Part shown: one piece after another, positions 12,882-26,380 of the stretch
Position numbering within the stretch: position 1 is the stretch's first letter
Layout: each line of letters opens with the position of its first letter
Origin: Malacoraja senta
Lineage: Eukaryota
DNA length: 64,000 nt
Reading direction: 5' to 3'
NCBI GenBank assembly: GCA_038087875.1
Contig: CM075982.1
Coordinates: 17,546,001 to 17,610,000 of the forward strand
Notes under the pieces: generated by a model
Told to the model about the DNA's origin: nothing
What the model saw: the letters and a program-made list of their open reading frames with translations, nothing else
Database searches by the model: none
Program-made: the position numbers and the translations under genes

Positions 12882-15422
12882 CTGTGAGGGAGGAAGAAAA
12901 CAAGAATTAACTGATAGTACAATAGACAGAGTGAGCACAATTGAGTGAAACAACCAAAACAACCATAATGGCACATTTGCTCATACATTGCTCAAGACAT
13001 TATGATTGAAAATGTAAAACAAAAATCAGTAATACCCAGCTAAGAGGGTGAGTCAACATTCAATCAAAATTTGGTATACCAGCTGGCTTCGGGGAATTAA
13101 AATGTTCAAAATAAGCAACTTGCAAAGGTTGAGAAAACAGATTGCAAGCATCATTTGTATGTTAACTACTGTGATTCTGTGATACAAAACTGTTAGTGGA
13201 AAGATTTGATAATCGTTCAGTATGTGGCTCTAAAAATACTCCGGTAGATAGTAAGATTCTTCCAGGAATTCTTCAAGTATTTACAGTACGGTTAAAGTTG
13301 TTTCAAAATAAAGACCAACAAAAAATATCACACTCACAAATGGGTTCCAGGATAATTATCTGGCAGCTCAGAAGATGCGTGGGTGCGTACACAAATACAT
13401 TCTGAAGTATATCAGGAAAGGATCGTTAAGAGTGGGTAATTGACAACTTTCTCAGGAATGCTGCATTCTTGCCTATGAACGTTTTTGATTCGCGAATACG
13501 GAATATAACCTGTCCTGATATGTTAGGATCAATAAGACAAAAGGTCTCCAGATTCATATTCTTTTGGCAAGATCACCTCGAATATCGGGATCTCTATTTT
13601 CCTTTTAAATACATTGTAAGTTATGAAATGGAATTGCTTGTAAAATATTATGTCATAAGAGATAGGAGCAGAATTAGACCATTCGGCTCATCAAGTCTAC
13701 TCCGCCATTTAATCATGGTTGATCTATCTCTCCCTCCTAACCCCATTCTCCTGCCTTCTCCCCATAACACCCATACTAATCAAGAATCTATCTATCTTTG
13801 CCTTAAAAATGTCCATCGATGGCCTCCATAGCAAAGAATTCCACAGATTCACCACCCTCTGACTAATGAGGCAGGTTCGTCACTGCACTGGGACCTAAAA
13901 CAAAAAGAGGTTCATACATAGGCTCACATTTATTAGGTATTATTATAATTATATGTGTTGGGCATAATTCCCTGCATCTATTAAACATATATATCAGCAA
14001 GCTTGGCACACCAGCCACCATAATTAATCAACTTAATCAAGTATTCAATTTTTACTTTTGCTTTCTTTATAGAAATATAACCTATTCTATTGAATTGCGT
14101 GATTTATCAGTCTTTTTGAATGAATGATTACTTTCACAATTTTAAGGCTCAAAGAAAACAAGGGAAAGAAAAGTTCCTCAATGTCAAAAAACTTGACACC
14201 CCTTCAAATAAATATAATAATGCCCTAAAGCAGTCTAGCACATTAACATTCATTAATATAGACAATAACCCATTTAACTGACTAACATGCATTGGTATTA
14301 GCTAGCAAACTCCTTCTATTGAAATTGACAAGTTTCGTTTGGACATAGGTTTTGGAATTATTAGGTGTGTTATCAAAGCCTGTTCTATGAGAACAATGCA
14401 TAGCAGGGAGCCACCTGACACAAGTGGCTTGAAAACTGATTAGTGTATTTAAACAAATCAGAATTGATTAATAAATGTGCATACGTACATATTTGTTCAA
14501 AATGGTTCGAGACAGGAACAGGAATTAATCTTATGACACATGGACAGCAAATAGGGAGATAACACAGAGCAAATCAGCAGATAATATATTTAATAATAAT
14601 ATATATTCCAAAGCTGCTGACAATGGCATTGGCAATACAATAATACTGAACTAGGTAAGGTAACACTTGGTAAGAAAAGACTCATGGTCAAAAGCTTAGT
14701 TGAAAGATGGGGTTTTAAAGAACACGTTAAAGGAGGGGAAAACAGAAGATTAGAAAAATCAGATGTTAGGCAGTTTAAATAATAATTATGAACGTTGGAG
14801 CGATGAACGTCAGTGAGATGAAGGGGTCAGAGAAAATTGCCTAACAGGATAGGTTAGACAGTTAGGTTAAGAGTTATACATGAATTAAACTGAAGAATTG
14901 ATGGACAATGATTCCACATAGCATAGAAGAGATGGTTAAAAGGAAGTTGTTGCAAGAAGAGTAAAGCAGGGTATTTTGGATGAGCTTAGGTTTACATAAG
15001 GTGCAACACAGGTGTCTGGCCAAGACAGCATGTATAATCAAGTTTGGGAATAATAAAGCCTGAAGGTGTCAGCACAGATGAGCTCATGCCAGCATAGAAG
15101 CGGAAACAAGTAATTTTGGAGAGGATATGGACTTTGAGCTCAGCTTGAATGAAACTCAGTCAATTTGAACAGTTCGTAAACGCTGTCATGTTTCATTATG
15201 AAATAGCTCAGAGCAATCCCTCGCAATCTATTCTATACCACCACCCACATACACTACATGATAACTTACAGCATGAATTCAACCTAAAATTCTGCACATC
15301 TTTGGGAATGTGGGAGAAAACTAGAGCACCCATGGTAAACTTATATAAACCATTAAACCAGTGATACCAACTTATATGGTATCATGTCTAAGTAAAACTT
15401 AGACATGATACCATATTGCCAG

Positions 15423-15623
15423 GTACACAAAAATGCTGGAGAAACTCAGCGGGTGCAGCAGCATCTATGGAGCGAAGGAAATAGTCAACGTTTCGGGCCG
15501 AAACCCCTTTTCGGCCCGAAACGTTGCCTATTTCCTTCGTTCCATAGATGCTGCTGCACCCGCTGAGTTTCTCCAGCATTTTTGTGTACCTTCGATTTTC
15601 CAGCATCTGCAGTTCCTTCTTTA
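15423..15623 (+). mobile_element. Self-inverted Penelope-terminus mini-element with 15-bp TSD
   Basis: Palindromic arms; direct repeat ATACCATATTGCCAG at 15408-15422 and 15624-15638. Confidence 0.85.
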
Positions 15624-16187
15624 ATACCATATTGCCAGTTCTTTATTGATCAGTCGTCTTCAACTGATGTTGAGTAGAGGATATGGCTTTTGGAGGGGAG
15701 TGGGTGGGATTAGAGGGGGTAGAATCTATTTGCATTGTTTTAGAGCATCATTGAATTTATAAAATAATGAAACAATGATGAGACGGTGTTTGTATCTAAA
15801 CTGCTATTAGGCGAGTCTCCAAAGGCTACAAAAGTTTCGAGGCAAATTATGATGTCAAATATAAAATCCCATTAGAGTTCCCAGCACTCTTAAGAAGAAA
15901 GCTATTACTGCTGTACTCTGCACAGAAACAAGGTCATTAATATACTCTTAACATTTGTGTCTTCACAGACATGGCAAAAATATTAATATCTGCAAACATA
16001 ATGTTAAAATAAAACAGAACTTGTGCGTGACCCTCAGAAGTGATTTAAATACACAATTTTGTGCAACACTGACCAAGCCCGAAAAGAGCTGCTAAAGGCA
16101 TGTTACTTCATAGAATTACTGTTATGAATCCAGCTTTAGCTTCTAGGCTAATGTTATATCAATGATCTGTCTGTCTGTCTGCACAAG

Positions 16188-16280
16188 GCCCTCCATAATG
16201 TTTGGGACAAAGACCCATCATTTATTTATTTGCCTCTGTACTCCACAATTTGAGATTTGTAAAAGAAAAAAAATCACAGA
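16188..16280 (+). mobile_element. Tc1 terminal-repeat fragment
   Basis: Matches the first ~90 nt of the element at 18518. Confidence 0.85.
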
Positions 16281-16289
16281 TCATCAGTG

Positions 16290-16940
16290 GAAACAAGTAA
16301 GGGGGAAAATATGGGCAGAAGGAGCTATTTGAGGAAGGAGAGAAAATGTAGGGACAGAGGCAGAAGATGAAATGTGGGACAAAGGTGGGATAATGTGCTG
16401 ATGGAACCAAATGGAAGAGAGGATAGGAAGGGCAGGCCAAAGGGGGAAGATTGTAAACAACCCAAGGACATTTTTTGATGTTGTCTAGTTTGCGTTTGAT
16501 ATTGCTGTGGCATTGGAGAAGGCCAAGAACATGTAGGTTGGCGTGGGAATGGGAAGGGAACTGAAATAACATGCAACTGGAAGCACAAGAGTCACATTGT
16601 AGACAGAGTGCAAGTGTTCTGGTCTTGGCTTGGTCTCGCTGATGTAGGAGGGTTATGCTAAGAGCACTAAATGCAATAAACAAGGTTGAAGGAGGTGCAC
16701 TTGAATCTCTGCCTCACCTAGTTTGTCGCTGGGTGATGGTGAGGGCTGATGTGTTGTACAGAGGAAAGTGCCAGTGGATGGGTAGGAATGGATGGGGAGG
16801 GGTGAGTGAGTGGACCAGCGAGTCACACAGTGGTCCCTGCAGAAAGTGGACGATATGGCTAGTGGTGGGATCCTGTTGGAGCTGGCACAAGTGACTAATG
16901 TGGAGGCTAGAAGGGTGAGAAGTCAGGACCAAGGGAATTC
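16290..16940 (-). mobile_element. Degraded Penelope-like (Neptune-type) retroelement fragment
   Basis: LQQDPTTSHI..DSLVHS and PSHSHANLHVLGLLQC peptides are homologous to the 53665-54455 copy. Confidence 0.7.
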
Positions 16941-16984
16941 TATCTTTTTCCTGTTCTGGTTGAAAGATTTGGAGTGCATCCTAA

Positions 16985-17885
16985 CTTACGGAAAAACTGT
17001 TCAGAAGCCTGATAACACAGGGAAAGAAGCTATTTCTGAGTCTGGTGTTATGTGCTTTCAAGGTTTCGTATCTTCTGCTCAAAGGGAGCTGGGAGATGAG
17101 GACATGACTAGGGTGAGAAAGGTCTTTGTTTATTGTTGGCTGCTTTCCTGAGGCAGCGTAAAGTGCAGGTGGAGTCAGTGTTGGGTAATCAGGTCTATGT
17201 GATGGACTGGGCTGCATCCACAACTCTGCAATTTCTTGCTGTCTTGGGCAGAACTAGGGTGCATTTGTAGAAGGTTGCAAGAGTTGTTGCAGACATGCCA
17301 AATTTCCTTAGTCTCCTGAGGCAGTAGAGGTGTTGGTTTGTTATTTTGCCCATAGCTTCAATGTGGTTGATCCAGGACAGATTGTTGGTAATATTTATGT
17401 TTAGCAACTTGAAGATCTCGACCATTTCCATTTTGGCACCACTGAAGCCGATTGGAGCATGTTTAGTTTAGTTTTGAAATACAGCGCCGAAACAGAGTCT
17501 TCGGTCCACTGAGTCTGCGCCGACCAATGATCCCGCACAACACTGTTCTACACACACACACAATTGAGAACAATTTACAATTATACCGAAGCCAATTAAC
17601 TTACAGACCATTACGATTTTGGAGTGTGGGGGAAGACCGGACCACCCGGAAAAAACGCACGCAGGTCACGGGGAGAATGCACAAACTCCGTACAGACAGC
17701 ACCCATGGTCAGGATCGAACTCCGGTCTCTGATGCTATAAGGCAGCAACTTTGCCACAGCGCCACCATGCCACCCTGGTTGTAACCAGCTCCAATCTCTT
17801 GCTGACATTGAGGGAGAGGTTGTTTTCTTGACACCATGTTTCTAAGTTCTCTACATCCTTCCTGTCCATCTCATCATTGTCGAGA
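16985..17885 (-). mobile_element. Rex1-like LINE RT fragment, split by a V-SINE
   Basis: WCQENNLSLNVSK on one side of the SINE; NNLSWINH..LRRLRKFGM..RLRNSFFP on the other. Confidence 0.75.
17461..17778 (-). mobile_element. V-SINE (HE1-like)
   Basis: Reverse-complement copy of the 4005-4305 family. Confidence 0.85.
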
Positions 17886-18517
17886 CCCGGTCCTCTATAG
17901 TATGAATGTGGGGTCATCTCCAAGCTTATAGATGTTAAGTTTCTTGGAGAATAATACAGCTCATTTGCCCTCAAGCTCGAGAAGAGTTGGCGCAGGAGCT
18001 CAGATGCATGATTGCACCAAATAATGTCATAATGGACATTTTAGGGACTTGTTCTACGTGTTATTTCCCAAGATGCAATCTGGCATGGAGAAGTACGTGA
18101 TAATGTGCAGTGAAATACAAATTATTGAACTTAAAAATTCATAGAGTACATAATCCATGAAAATTGCGTTTAAAACGGCTGCAAAAGCTGTAATTTGAGT
18201 TGAAACAATAATACTATAATATAATGACACATTCCATCAGTACTAAACTGCTTTGTTTCACTGTTTGATTAACTATTGTGATTTCATGCTTAGGCTATGA
18301 TGACTTATTTATCAATTTGCAATATATGGGCTAACAGTTCAAACAGCATTTTTGCAAGTAAGACAGTTCGTATGGATGATATTCGACAGTGCACTGTCTA
18401 TCCTGCAGTATGATTTAATATTCTATAAACCTGCTAATACTCTGTGGGCACCTACTGCTTGGCTTCACTGCCTGATGTTCATCTGTCACTCTGTCCTGTG
18501 ACAGGAATCCAAAGTTA

Positions 18518-20169
18518 CAGTGCCCTCCATAATGTTTTGGACAAAGACCCATCATTTACTTATTTGCCTCTGTATTCCACAATTTGAGATTTGTAATAGA
18601 AAAAAAATCACATGTGGTTAAAGTGCACATTGTCAGATTATATTAAAGAGTATTTTTATACATTTTGGTTTCACCATGTAGAAATTAAAGCTGTGTTTAT
18701 ACATAGTCCTCCCATTTCAGGGCACCATAATGTTTGGGACACATGCCTTCACAAGTGTTTGTCATTGCCCAGCTGTGTTTAATTGTCTCCTTCATGCAGG
18801 TATAAGAGAGCTCTCAGCACCTAGTCTTTCCCCCAGTCTTTCCATCACCTTTGGAAAAGTTGTATTGCTGTTTATCAACATGAGGCCCAAAGTCAATCAA
18901 GCCATTATGAGACTGAGAAAGAAGAGTAAGACTGTTAGAGACATTAGCCAAACCTTGGGCTTATCAAAATCAACTGTTTGGAACATCATTACAAAGAAAG
19001 AGAGCACTGGCAAGCTTACTAATCGCAAAGGGACTGGCAGGCCAAGGACGACCTCCACAGCTGATGACAGAAGAATTGTCTCTATAATAAAGGAAAATCC
19101 CCAAACACGTATCCGACAGATCAGAAACACTCTTCAGGAGTGGATTTGTCAACGACCACTGTCCGCATAAGACTTCATGAACAGAAATACAGAGGCTACA
19201 TTGCAAGATGCAAACCACTGGTTAGCTGAAAAAATAGGATGGCCAGGTTACAGTTTGCCAAGAAGTACTTAAAAGAGCAACCACAATTCTGGAAAAACGT
19301 CTTGTGGATAGATGAGACGAAGATTAACTTAAAACAAAGTGATGGCAAGAACAAAGTATGGAAAAGAGAAGGATCTGCCCAAGATCCAAAGCATACCACC
19401 TCATATGTGAAACATTGTGGTGGGGGTTTTACGGCCTGGGCATACATGGCTGCTGAAGGTACTGGCTCACTTATCTTCATAGTTGATACAACTGCTGATG
19501 GTAGTAGTATAATAAATTCTGAAGTGTATAGACACATCATATCTGCTCAAGTTCAAACAAATGCCTCAAAACTCATTGGCCGGCGGTTCATTCTACAGCA
19601 AGACAATGATCCCAAACATACTGCTATGCCACAAAGGAGTTTTTCAAAGCTAAAAAATGGTCAATTCTGGGGTGGCCAAGTCAATCACCTGATCTGAACC
19701 CAATTGAGCATGCCTTTTATATGCTGAAGGGAAAACTGAAGGGGATTAACCCCCAAACAAGCATAAGCTAAAGATGGCTGCAATACAGGCCTGGCAGAGC
19801 ATCACCAGAGAAGACACCCAGCAACTGGTGATGTCCATGAATCGCAGACTTCAAGCAGTCATTGCAGGCAAACGATATGCAACAAAATATTAAACATGAC
19901 TACTTTCATTTACATAACATTGCTGAGTCCCAAACATTATGGGGCCCTGAAATGGGGGGGGGGGGGGGGGGGGGGGATACTATGTATAAACACTGCTGTA
20001 ATTTCTACATGGTGAAACCAAAATGTATACAAATGACCTTTATTAAAATTTGACAATGTGCAGTTTAAGCACATGTGTTTTTTTTTTCTATTACAAATCT
20101 CAAATTGTGGAGTACAGAGGCAAATAAATAAATGATGTGTCTTTGTCCCAAACATTATGGAGGGCACTG
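18518..20169 (+). mobile_element. Full-length Tc1-like DNA transposon, IR/DR type
   Basis: TA flanks; ~230-bp TIRs starting CAGTGCCCTCCATAATGTT, with an internal direct repeat (ccataatgtttgggac at ~18725); 1652 bp long. Confidence 0.95.
18880..19893 (+). pseudogene. Frameshifted Tc1 transposase
   Basis: HTH/GRPR region (RKGTGRPRTTS), then WIDETK, QQDNDPKH and SPDLNPIEH catalytic motifs spread over several frames. Confidence 0.9.
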
Positions 20170-20199
20170 TAAAAGGACCTACAGTATTATTGGAGTCCT

Positions 20200-20880
20200 A
20201 GTTAGAGAGTACAGAAACTGGCCCTTCGGCTCAATGTCTATGCCAACCAATATGCTCATCGATAGGAATCCCTCTTGCCTGTTTTAATTCGATATCTTTC
20301 TATGCCCTGCTCATGTACCTGTACAGATGCCTCTTTAACACTGTTCCATTCCCACCACCACCGCCTCCTCTGGCAGCTCATTCCAGAAACCAACCACTAT
20401 TTGGATGAAAGATTTACGCCTCAGATCCCCTTTAAATATCCTCCTTTTCACCTTAAACCTACACCTTTACCATGGCGAACAGGACACTGGCTATCCTATT
20501 TATGCCTCACATGATTTTATATTCTTCCATCATCTAACCTCTCAGCCTCCTTCGGGGAAAACAGTCCTAGTCTATCAAATATCTCCTCATAATTCAAGAC
20601 CTCCAATCCAGGCAACATCTGTGTGAATTGTTTCTGCACCCTCTCGAGCTTAATCACATCCTTCCAATTTGATAATGTGATGACCAGAACTGCACAAAAT
20701 ACTCCTAACCAAAGTTTTGTACAACTGTAACATGACATTGTTATACTAAATGCTTAAACTCTTATAATAAATGCCTTGGCTAACCACTGCATGCATACCA
20801 CATGCCTTCCCCACCACCCTTGTCTACTTGTATTGCCACTTTAACGGAATTATGTTTTTGTACCTCAAAATGTCTCTGTC
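20200..20880 (-). mobile_element. Degraded CR1-like LINE 3' fragment
   Basis: KDVIKLERVQKQFTQMLPGLE..DRLGLFS peptide and CR1-type tail. Confidence 0.75.
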
Positions 20881-22399
20881 CATCCTGCTGGTAAAAGCTG
20901 TGATGCCAAACAACATTCGCACAGAAAGTCTAAAGATCTCTGAAAATGACCAAGCTATTTCAGTACAACTGCAGTAATAACATCAACCTGACAATGTAAG
21001 AGAAAATGCTCACGTGTATCTTATTCACAAGAAAGTGAGACCATTCTAACCCTGGTAATCACTACCCAATCAGTTGACTCGCAATCATCAACGTGATGCA
21101 AGTATTGGTGAAGGTGCTAATCAAGCGTGGATCAAAGAGCTGAATTCCAGAGGGAAAGAGAGTGATTGCCCATGACATCAAAGTGGTATTCATTATTGGG
21201 TACCAATTATCCCAGCCACAGAACATCACTGCAGCAGCAGCTCAAGGCAGTGATCTAGGCCCAATCAACCAGCAGTTTCAACCATGACCTTCCTTCCTTC
21301 ATAAGGTCAGATGTGGGGGGTTTTGGTAATTATAGCAAAGTACTCAAATCCAATTGTAACTTCTCAGCAAATGAGCATACAACACGACCTAGATGAATTT
21401 GGTTGCTAGGTTGCAAGTCTTCCACAAAAATGCCAACCAATAACCATCTTTAGAAAGAGTTGTCAACATCCTGGAGGTCACCTCTCACCAGAAATTCAAG
21501 TGGACCAGCCTCAACAGACATCAGGAGTGTGATGGTATATTTGCAATTTGCTTCAGTGAGTATTGCTCCAATAGCACACATGAAGCTCAACACCAACCAG
21601 GACAATAGAATTATACACAGCAGTTGGCTCTTTGCCCCCTTGTTCCAGCTTTGTCCTTCAATAACATCATGGTTAATAATTCACCCTATTGGAAATACAT
21701 AATTGGTCATTCATCGTTGCCAGGTCTAAATCCCCCAGATCCTTGCTTGACACCATTGTAGGAGTACTTCCACCAGAAGGACTGTAGCTTAACTTGCAGT
21801 AGCACTACTTGCATTTCTTCTGACAAAGAACGATCAAATATTGGATAAAATAGACCATTTCTGTGCCGTAGATTTCTACAGCTTTTGAGATTTCTACACC
21901 TTTTGAGATGTTTCATGCAGAAATATTGAGTGTCAAGCCAGGGAAATGGCTAAAATTACAATAATGGGTTAAGATCAGAGACATGTTGATGCAAATAATA
22001 GTTAGAGTTGTACAGCACATAAACAGACCCTTCAGCCCACCTTGTCCATGCCAACCGTTGAACATACCTCGACTTATTACATTTTTTTTTTAAACAGTTG
22101 GGTAATTTTGAATTCTGAATTCTGATGTTTGTTGTGAACAGACATTCAACTGATCAACCTATACTTGTCCAGATCCTGACACTTCTTCTCTTCAATAGGG
22201 GTTCTACGTTATCTACATGTCAGTCCTACAGCCAATGTGAATACTCAGAGGATTGAAAAATTAGGATCTGAACCCATGCTATCTTCTTTCCATGAATTTT
22301 CAGGTAAATCCGGGGTTTAATGACAACACTTTATTTGGCTTTAATTTCAGCATTAAACTTACATAATTCCGCAACTGCATATCAAATTCCACTGAATAC

Positions 22400-22550
22400 C
22401 GATAGAATGCTGGGAGAACTGCCTTTCAGATAAGAGATGTCAAGTTGATGTTATGTCTGTTTTTTCAGTCAGATGTAAAAGAAAATCCCTTGGCCCTAAT
22501 CCAAAATGGAGCAGGGGAATTACAGGCAGTCTTTTAACCAACACTAAGCC
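22400..22550 (+). mobile_element. Possible ancient DeuSINE (SacSINE1/AmnSINE-like) core remnant
   Basis: Resembles the Deu domain from memory (ctgcctttcagat..gatgtaaaag..atccc.tggc.cta..gagcagggga); strongly diverged. Confidence 0.4.
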
Positions 22551-23837
22551 AAATGACTCCCATATTTTCCAAGCTCGGAAATTCCCCGAGCTTCTGATCT
22601 CGCTGTACCTTCTAGCATGGACCCAGGCACTGTATCCTAATGTAGGCCAGCTCATATCATGGTGGACAAGAGGGAGAATGCAGTTCATATTCTAAAGCAA
22701 TGGTCTTCCTGCATCTTCCTCGTAAAAGTTAATCGACCCAAATCATTAATTGTTTCTCTCGGCCCCACCTACAACACATCTCCAGCATTTTCAGTTCCAG
22801 CATTTTGGCAGGTTAGATGTAAGGAAAAGTGGTCAGAAACAAGAAACAAAAAGTACTTACTCTCCAATTTGCCTTGCATCTAAAGTCCTTTTGTAAATTT
22901 GGTATGTACTGCATGGACAAGGTGCTTGTGTACTTACCCAGACTCCCTACCATCCAGATGAGTCTGTTCAGCCTAAATTAACAAGTGTAATGATCGGGTA
23001 TGGGGAGAGTGTAAAGTTTGTATGTTTGTACTTGCACATTGAGCTCTCAACAGCATATCTAAGCTGGGCACTGACCTTCCAAAAATTCTGGCAATTATGG
23101 GTGTAACTGCTATTTATTTTAACGCCCAGAAAATCTGTCTCCTTTATCCCTCCATCAACATGGTGGGATTTGTTGTGCACCAATCACCTCCGATATTATA
23201 TATATACTATGACTACTGGGATATATCATTTAAAGTACTCCTGTATGTCCTGAAAATGTGAACAAGACCATAAAAATACAAGCCTGTCCTCCTTTTAGTA
23301 CTTGTAATGCCAAAGAATGACTTGCAAATTAAAGGGATCTGTGGTTAAATAATTCTCCTGGACAGACTGCATATTTTATTGGATGTTAAAAGAGACCAGA
23401 GGGAAAAATGCAACGGACATTGGCATGCATCAGGAAATTAATTACAGAGTACTGAAGGAACCTGAAAACAGAATTTGTGTGCCTGTGTTTAAAAGGAGCA
23501 ACATGTCTCGATCTGGCAACTACTGACTCATCAGCCTTATGTGACAGGCAAACTAATGGAAACTATTCCAATGGATAGGCTTGAGCAGACATCACAGACA
23601 TTTACTTAAATAGGGAGCCATGAAGAAGGACAGCTACGGAAGACCTCATCTGACAAAAGGTCCTTGATTACTTTGAGAATATGAATTTAGTGGGAGGTAG
23701 GTCTGCCCATAAAACCAGTTGTTTGGATATTTTAGCTACTTATGATATAAAGACTAACAATCTTACTAAGTATTACTGTTACTAAAACACATAAATATGA
23801 ATTTAATGTTGTATTTGTGAGATGCAATAAATTGTTA

Positions 23838-24134
23838 AGGCCCTGTCCCACGATGCGAGTTTACCCAAGAGCTCTCCCGAGTTAAAAAAAAAATCAAACT
23901 CGTGGTAAGTACGTAGAATGTATGTAGCGGGTACGTCGGAGCTCGTGGATGTCTCGTAGCGGCTCGTAATGCTAAGGGCAGATACTCGGGAAACGCGGAA
24001 ACTCGTGAAGTTTTTTCAACAGTGTGAAAAATTTCCAAGAGTAAAAACATACTCGTGATGAAGTACCACGAGTTTGATTTTTTTTTTTAACTCGGGAGAG
24101 CTTTTGGGTAAACTCGCATCGTGGGACAGGGGCT
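23838..24134. mobile_element. Harbinger-like MITE, second subfamily
   Basis: AGGCCCTGTCCCAC / GTGGGACAGGGGCT termini in a TTAA/TWA context, with inverted arms of about 70 bp. Confidence 0.85.
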
Positions 24135-24729
24135 TAAGCATTGGTTTATTATTTAATAAGTTATTATTTATAAGTTCATTATTAACTTTATTAAAGCATC
24201 TGGTAACCATTTCCCAGATATGTAAATTACCTGCCGAGCATAATTTAATGTAAATGTAACAACTTTGTATAAATTAAAATCAAATAAAGTGTGCAGACAA
24301 CAGAAGCAATTGCAAACCTACAGGGAGATTTACCGAGTTATTCAGTAGGTAAATGAACAAATGGAATGTGAAAGTTAACAGCAGGAAATAAAAAGTAATG
24401 CACCCTTACTGCAAAACCATGCAGCATGCAAGAAGGAGATAAGAGAACATCAAGCTATATATTCTGTGAAACATGACAGCTTAGGAATTATCTAAAATCA
24501 AACTTCATAGCTCATCATCAGTACTGCACATCAACAGACGTTCAATCTGATGAGTTAAGGAAAAACCCATCCAGATGCCTTCTACTCCAAATTGGTCAGA
24601 GAAAGGACTGCATTTTTCTTTGATACCAATAGCAAGCTACTATGGTAAAGCAGAAACTCATAGCATGTTCAAGTATTGCACACAGTAGAATCCAGCCTAA
24701 ACCAACAAATTAGGTGCAGTTGCCCCAGC

Positions 24730-26380
24730 TCTTCCATTTATTAAGATGCCAGCAAATCTGGCTGTAAAATCAATTCTGCATTCACATCTGTCCATAATCC
24801 TCGCTTGCTTATGAAGAATCTGTTTACCTGTCTGCCAAATGGCTCGGCTTCCACAATTCTTTGAAGAAGATCCATAAACTGCTGACTCCCAGAAAAAAGC
24901 CTCATCTCCATTCTGAAACACTGATCCCTAGTTTTAGATTCTCCCACAGGAGGAAACATCATCTTCAGATCCACTCTGCCAAAACCCATTGAATACTTAT
25001 GCATTTCAATCAAGTCACTCCGGCAACATGTGTAGCCTACATGACTTTGTGTTCATATTCATGCCCACCATCAAGTAGATATCTACTATACTAATCTCAT
25101 TTACGACAATTTTAATGAGGAGTTGTAGCCACCACTACACTTTGGCAATTCAACTGCACATCCTGATGCTTTATGAATGTGCTGAGAGTACCTGCCTCCA
25201 CCACTTTCTCAGGCAGTGCATTCTAGACTGCAACCACATTCTGGATGAATACAAAACTGCCACAAATCTCCTCTGTACCTCTTACTTCTCAACTTAAACC
25301 TATGCCTTTTGGTCAGTAGGATTTTTTTTTACCGTGGCAGAGGCGTCTAGCCGTCTACCTATCATAAATAGGCTTTTCATAATTTTGTATTCCTCTGTCA
25401 GGTTCCTCCTCAGTTTCCTCCACTCCAAGGAAAACAAACCCAGCCCCTCCAGTCTTCTCCTCATAACTGAAGCATTCCATTCCAGGTACCATTCTGTGCA
25501 ATCACATCCTTCCTTTCATGTGGTGACCAGAACTGCACAGTGACCCAACCAATGTTCTGTGAAATTGTACTATCATTTTCCTACTCTTGCACTAAGCTCC
25601 AGCTAAAAAACAAAAGCATCCCACACGACCCTTCACCACCCTATTTACCTGCACTTTTACTTTTAAGGATCTTTGAACATGTCGCAGAGCCCTTTTATTT
25701 CTCAATACTCCCTTGGAACCTGTCGTTCTAGGATGGGGAGAAAGCAGGAGAATGGGGATGAGAGGGAAAAATAGATCAGCCGTGATCGAATGGCAGAGCA
25801 GACTTGATGGGCCAAATGGCCTAATTCTGCTCCTATGTCTTATGGTCTAATGTGTTCAGCCCCTATTAAAGCTCGTGCAATGAATCACTCACACTTAACA
25901 GGGTTAATTTCCCTCTGCCATTACCCTGCCCAACTTACCAATGAGTCAATATCATTCTGTAGTTAAAGTCCACCCTCCTCACCATCAACAGCACTTCATC
26001 TGCAATGAGACATTACAGCTCCTATATCCATGATTTTAAACTCTGAGTAGCTGAGTTGTTAATGTATATAACAAAGAGCAAAGGTTCTAGCACTGCTCTC
26101 TTTAGTACACCACTGCTCACAGGTTTCCAATCCCCAAAATAACCCTCCACTATCACCCTCTTCTCCATTACAATGCCAATCTTAGACTCAGTTTGCCCAC
26201 TTGTCCTGGATCTCATGGGCTCTAATCTGTTGGTCCAGTCTTCCATTTGGGACCTTGCTAAAATAACTCTAATGAAGTCCATGTAAATCACATCAATGGT
26301 TCTGTCTGCATCAGCATACTCTTCATAAACTGAACTACATTAGTCAGACAGGATCTCCCATCAACAAGATTAATCTTGCT
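24730..26380 (-). mobile_element. Cluster of degraded CR1-like fragments, including a short + strand 3' tail at ~25730-25850
   Basis: IYMDF, WKPVSSGV, PLLFVIYIN and GESKTR peptides. Confidence 0.7.

Noticed and set aside
12709-12903. Listed 64-aa minus-strand ORF
   Set aside because: Wrong frame. The real AP2B1 terminal exon overlaps it in another frame.
15388-15630. Near-identical ORFs on both strands (MLEKLSGCSSIYG..)
   Set aside because: An artefact of the palindromic element, not a gene pair.
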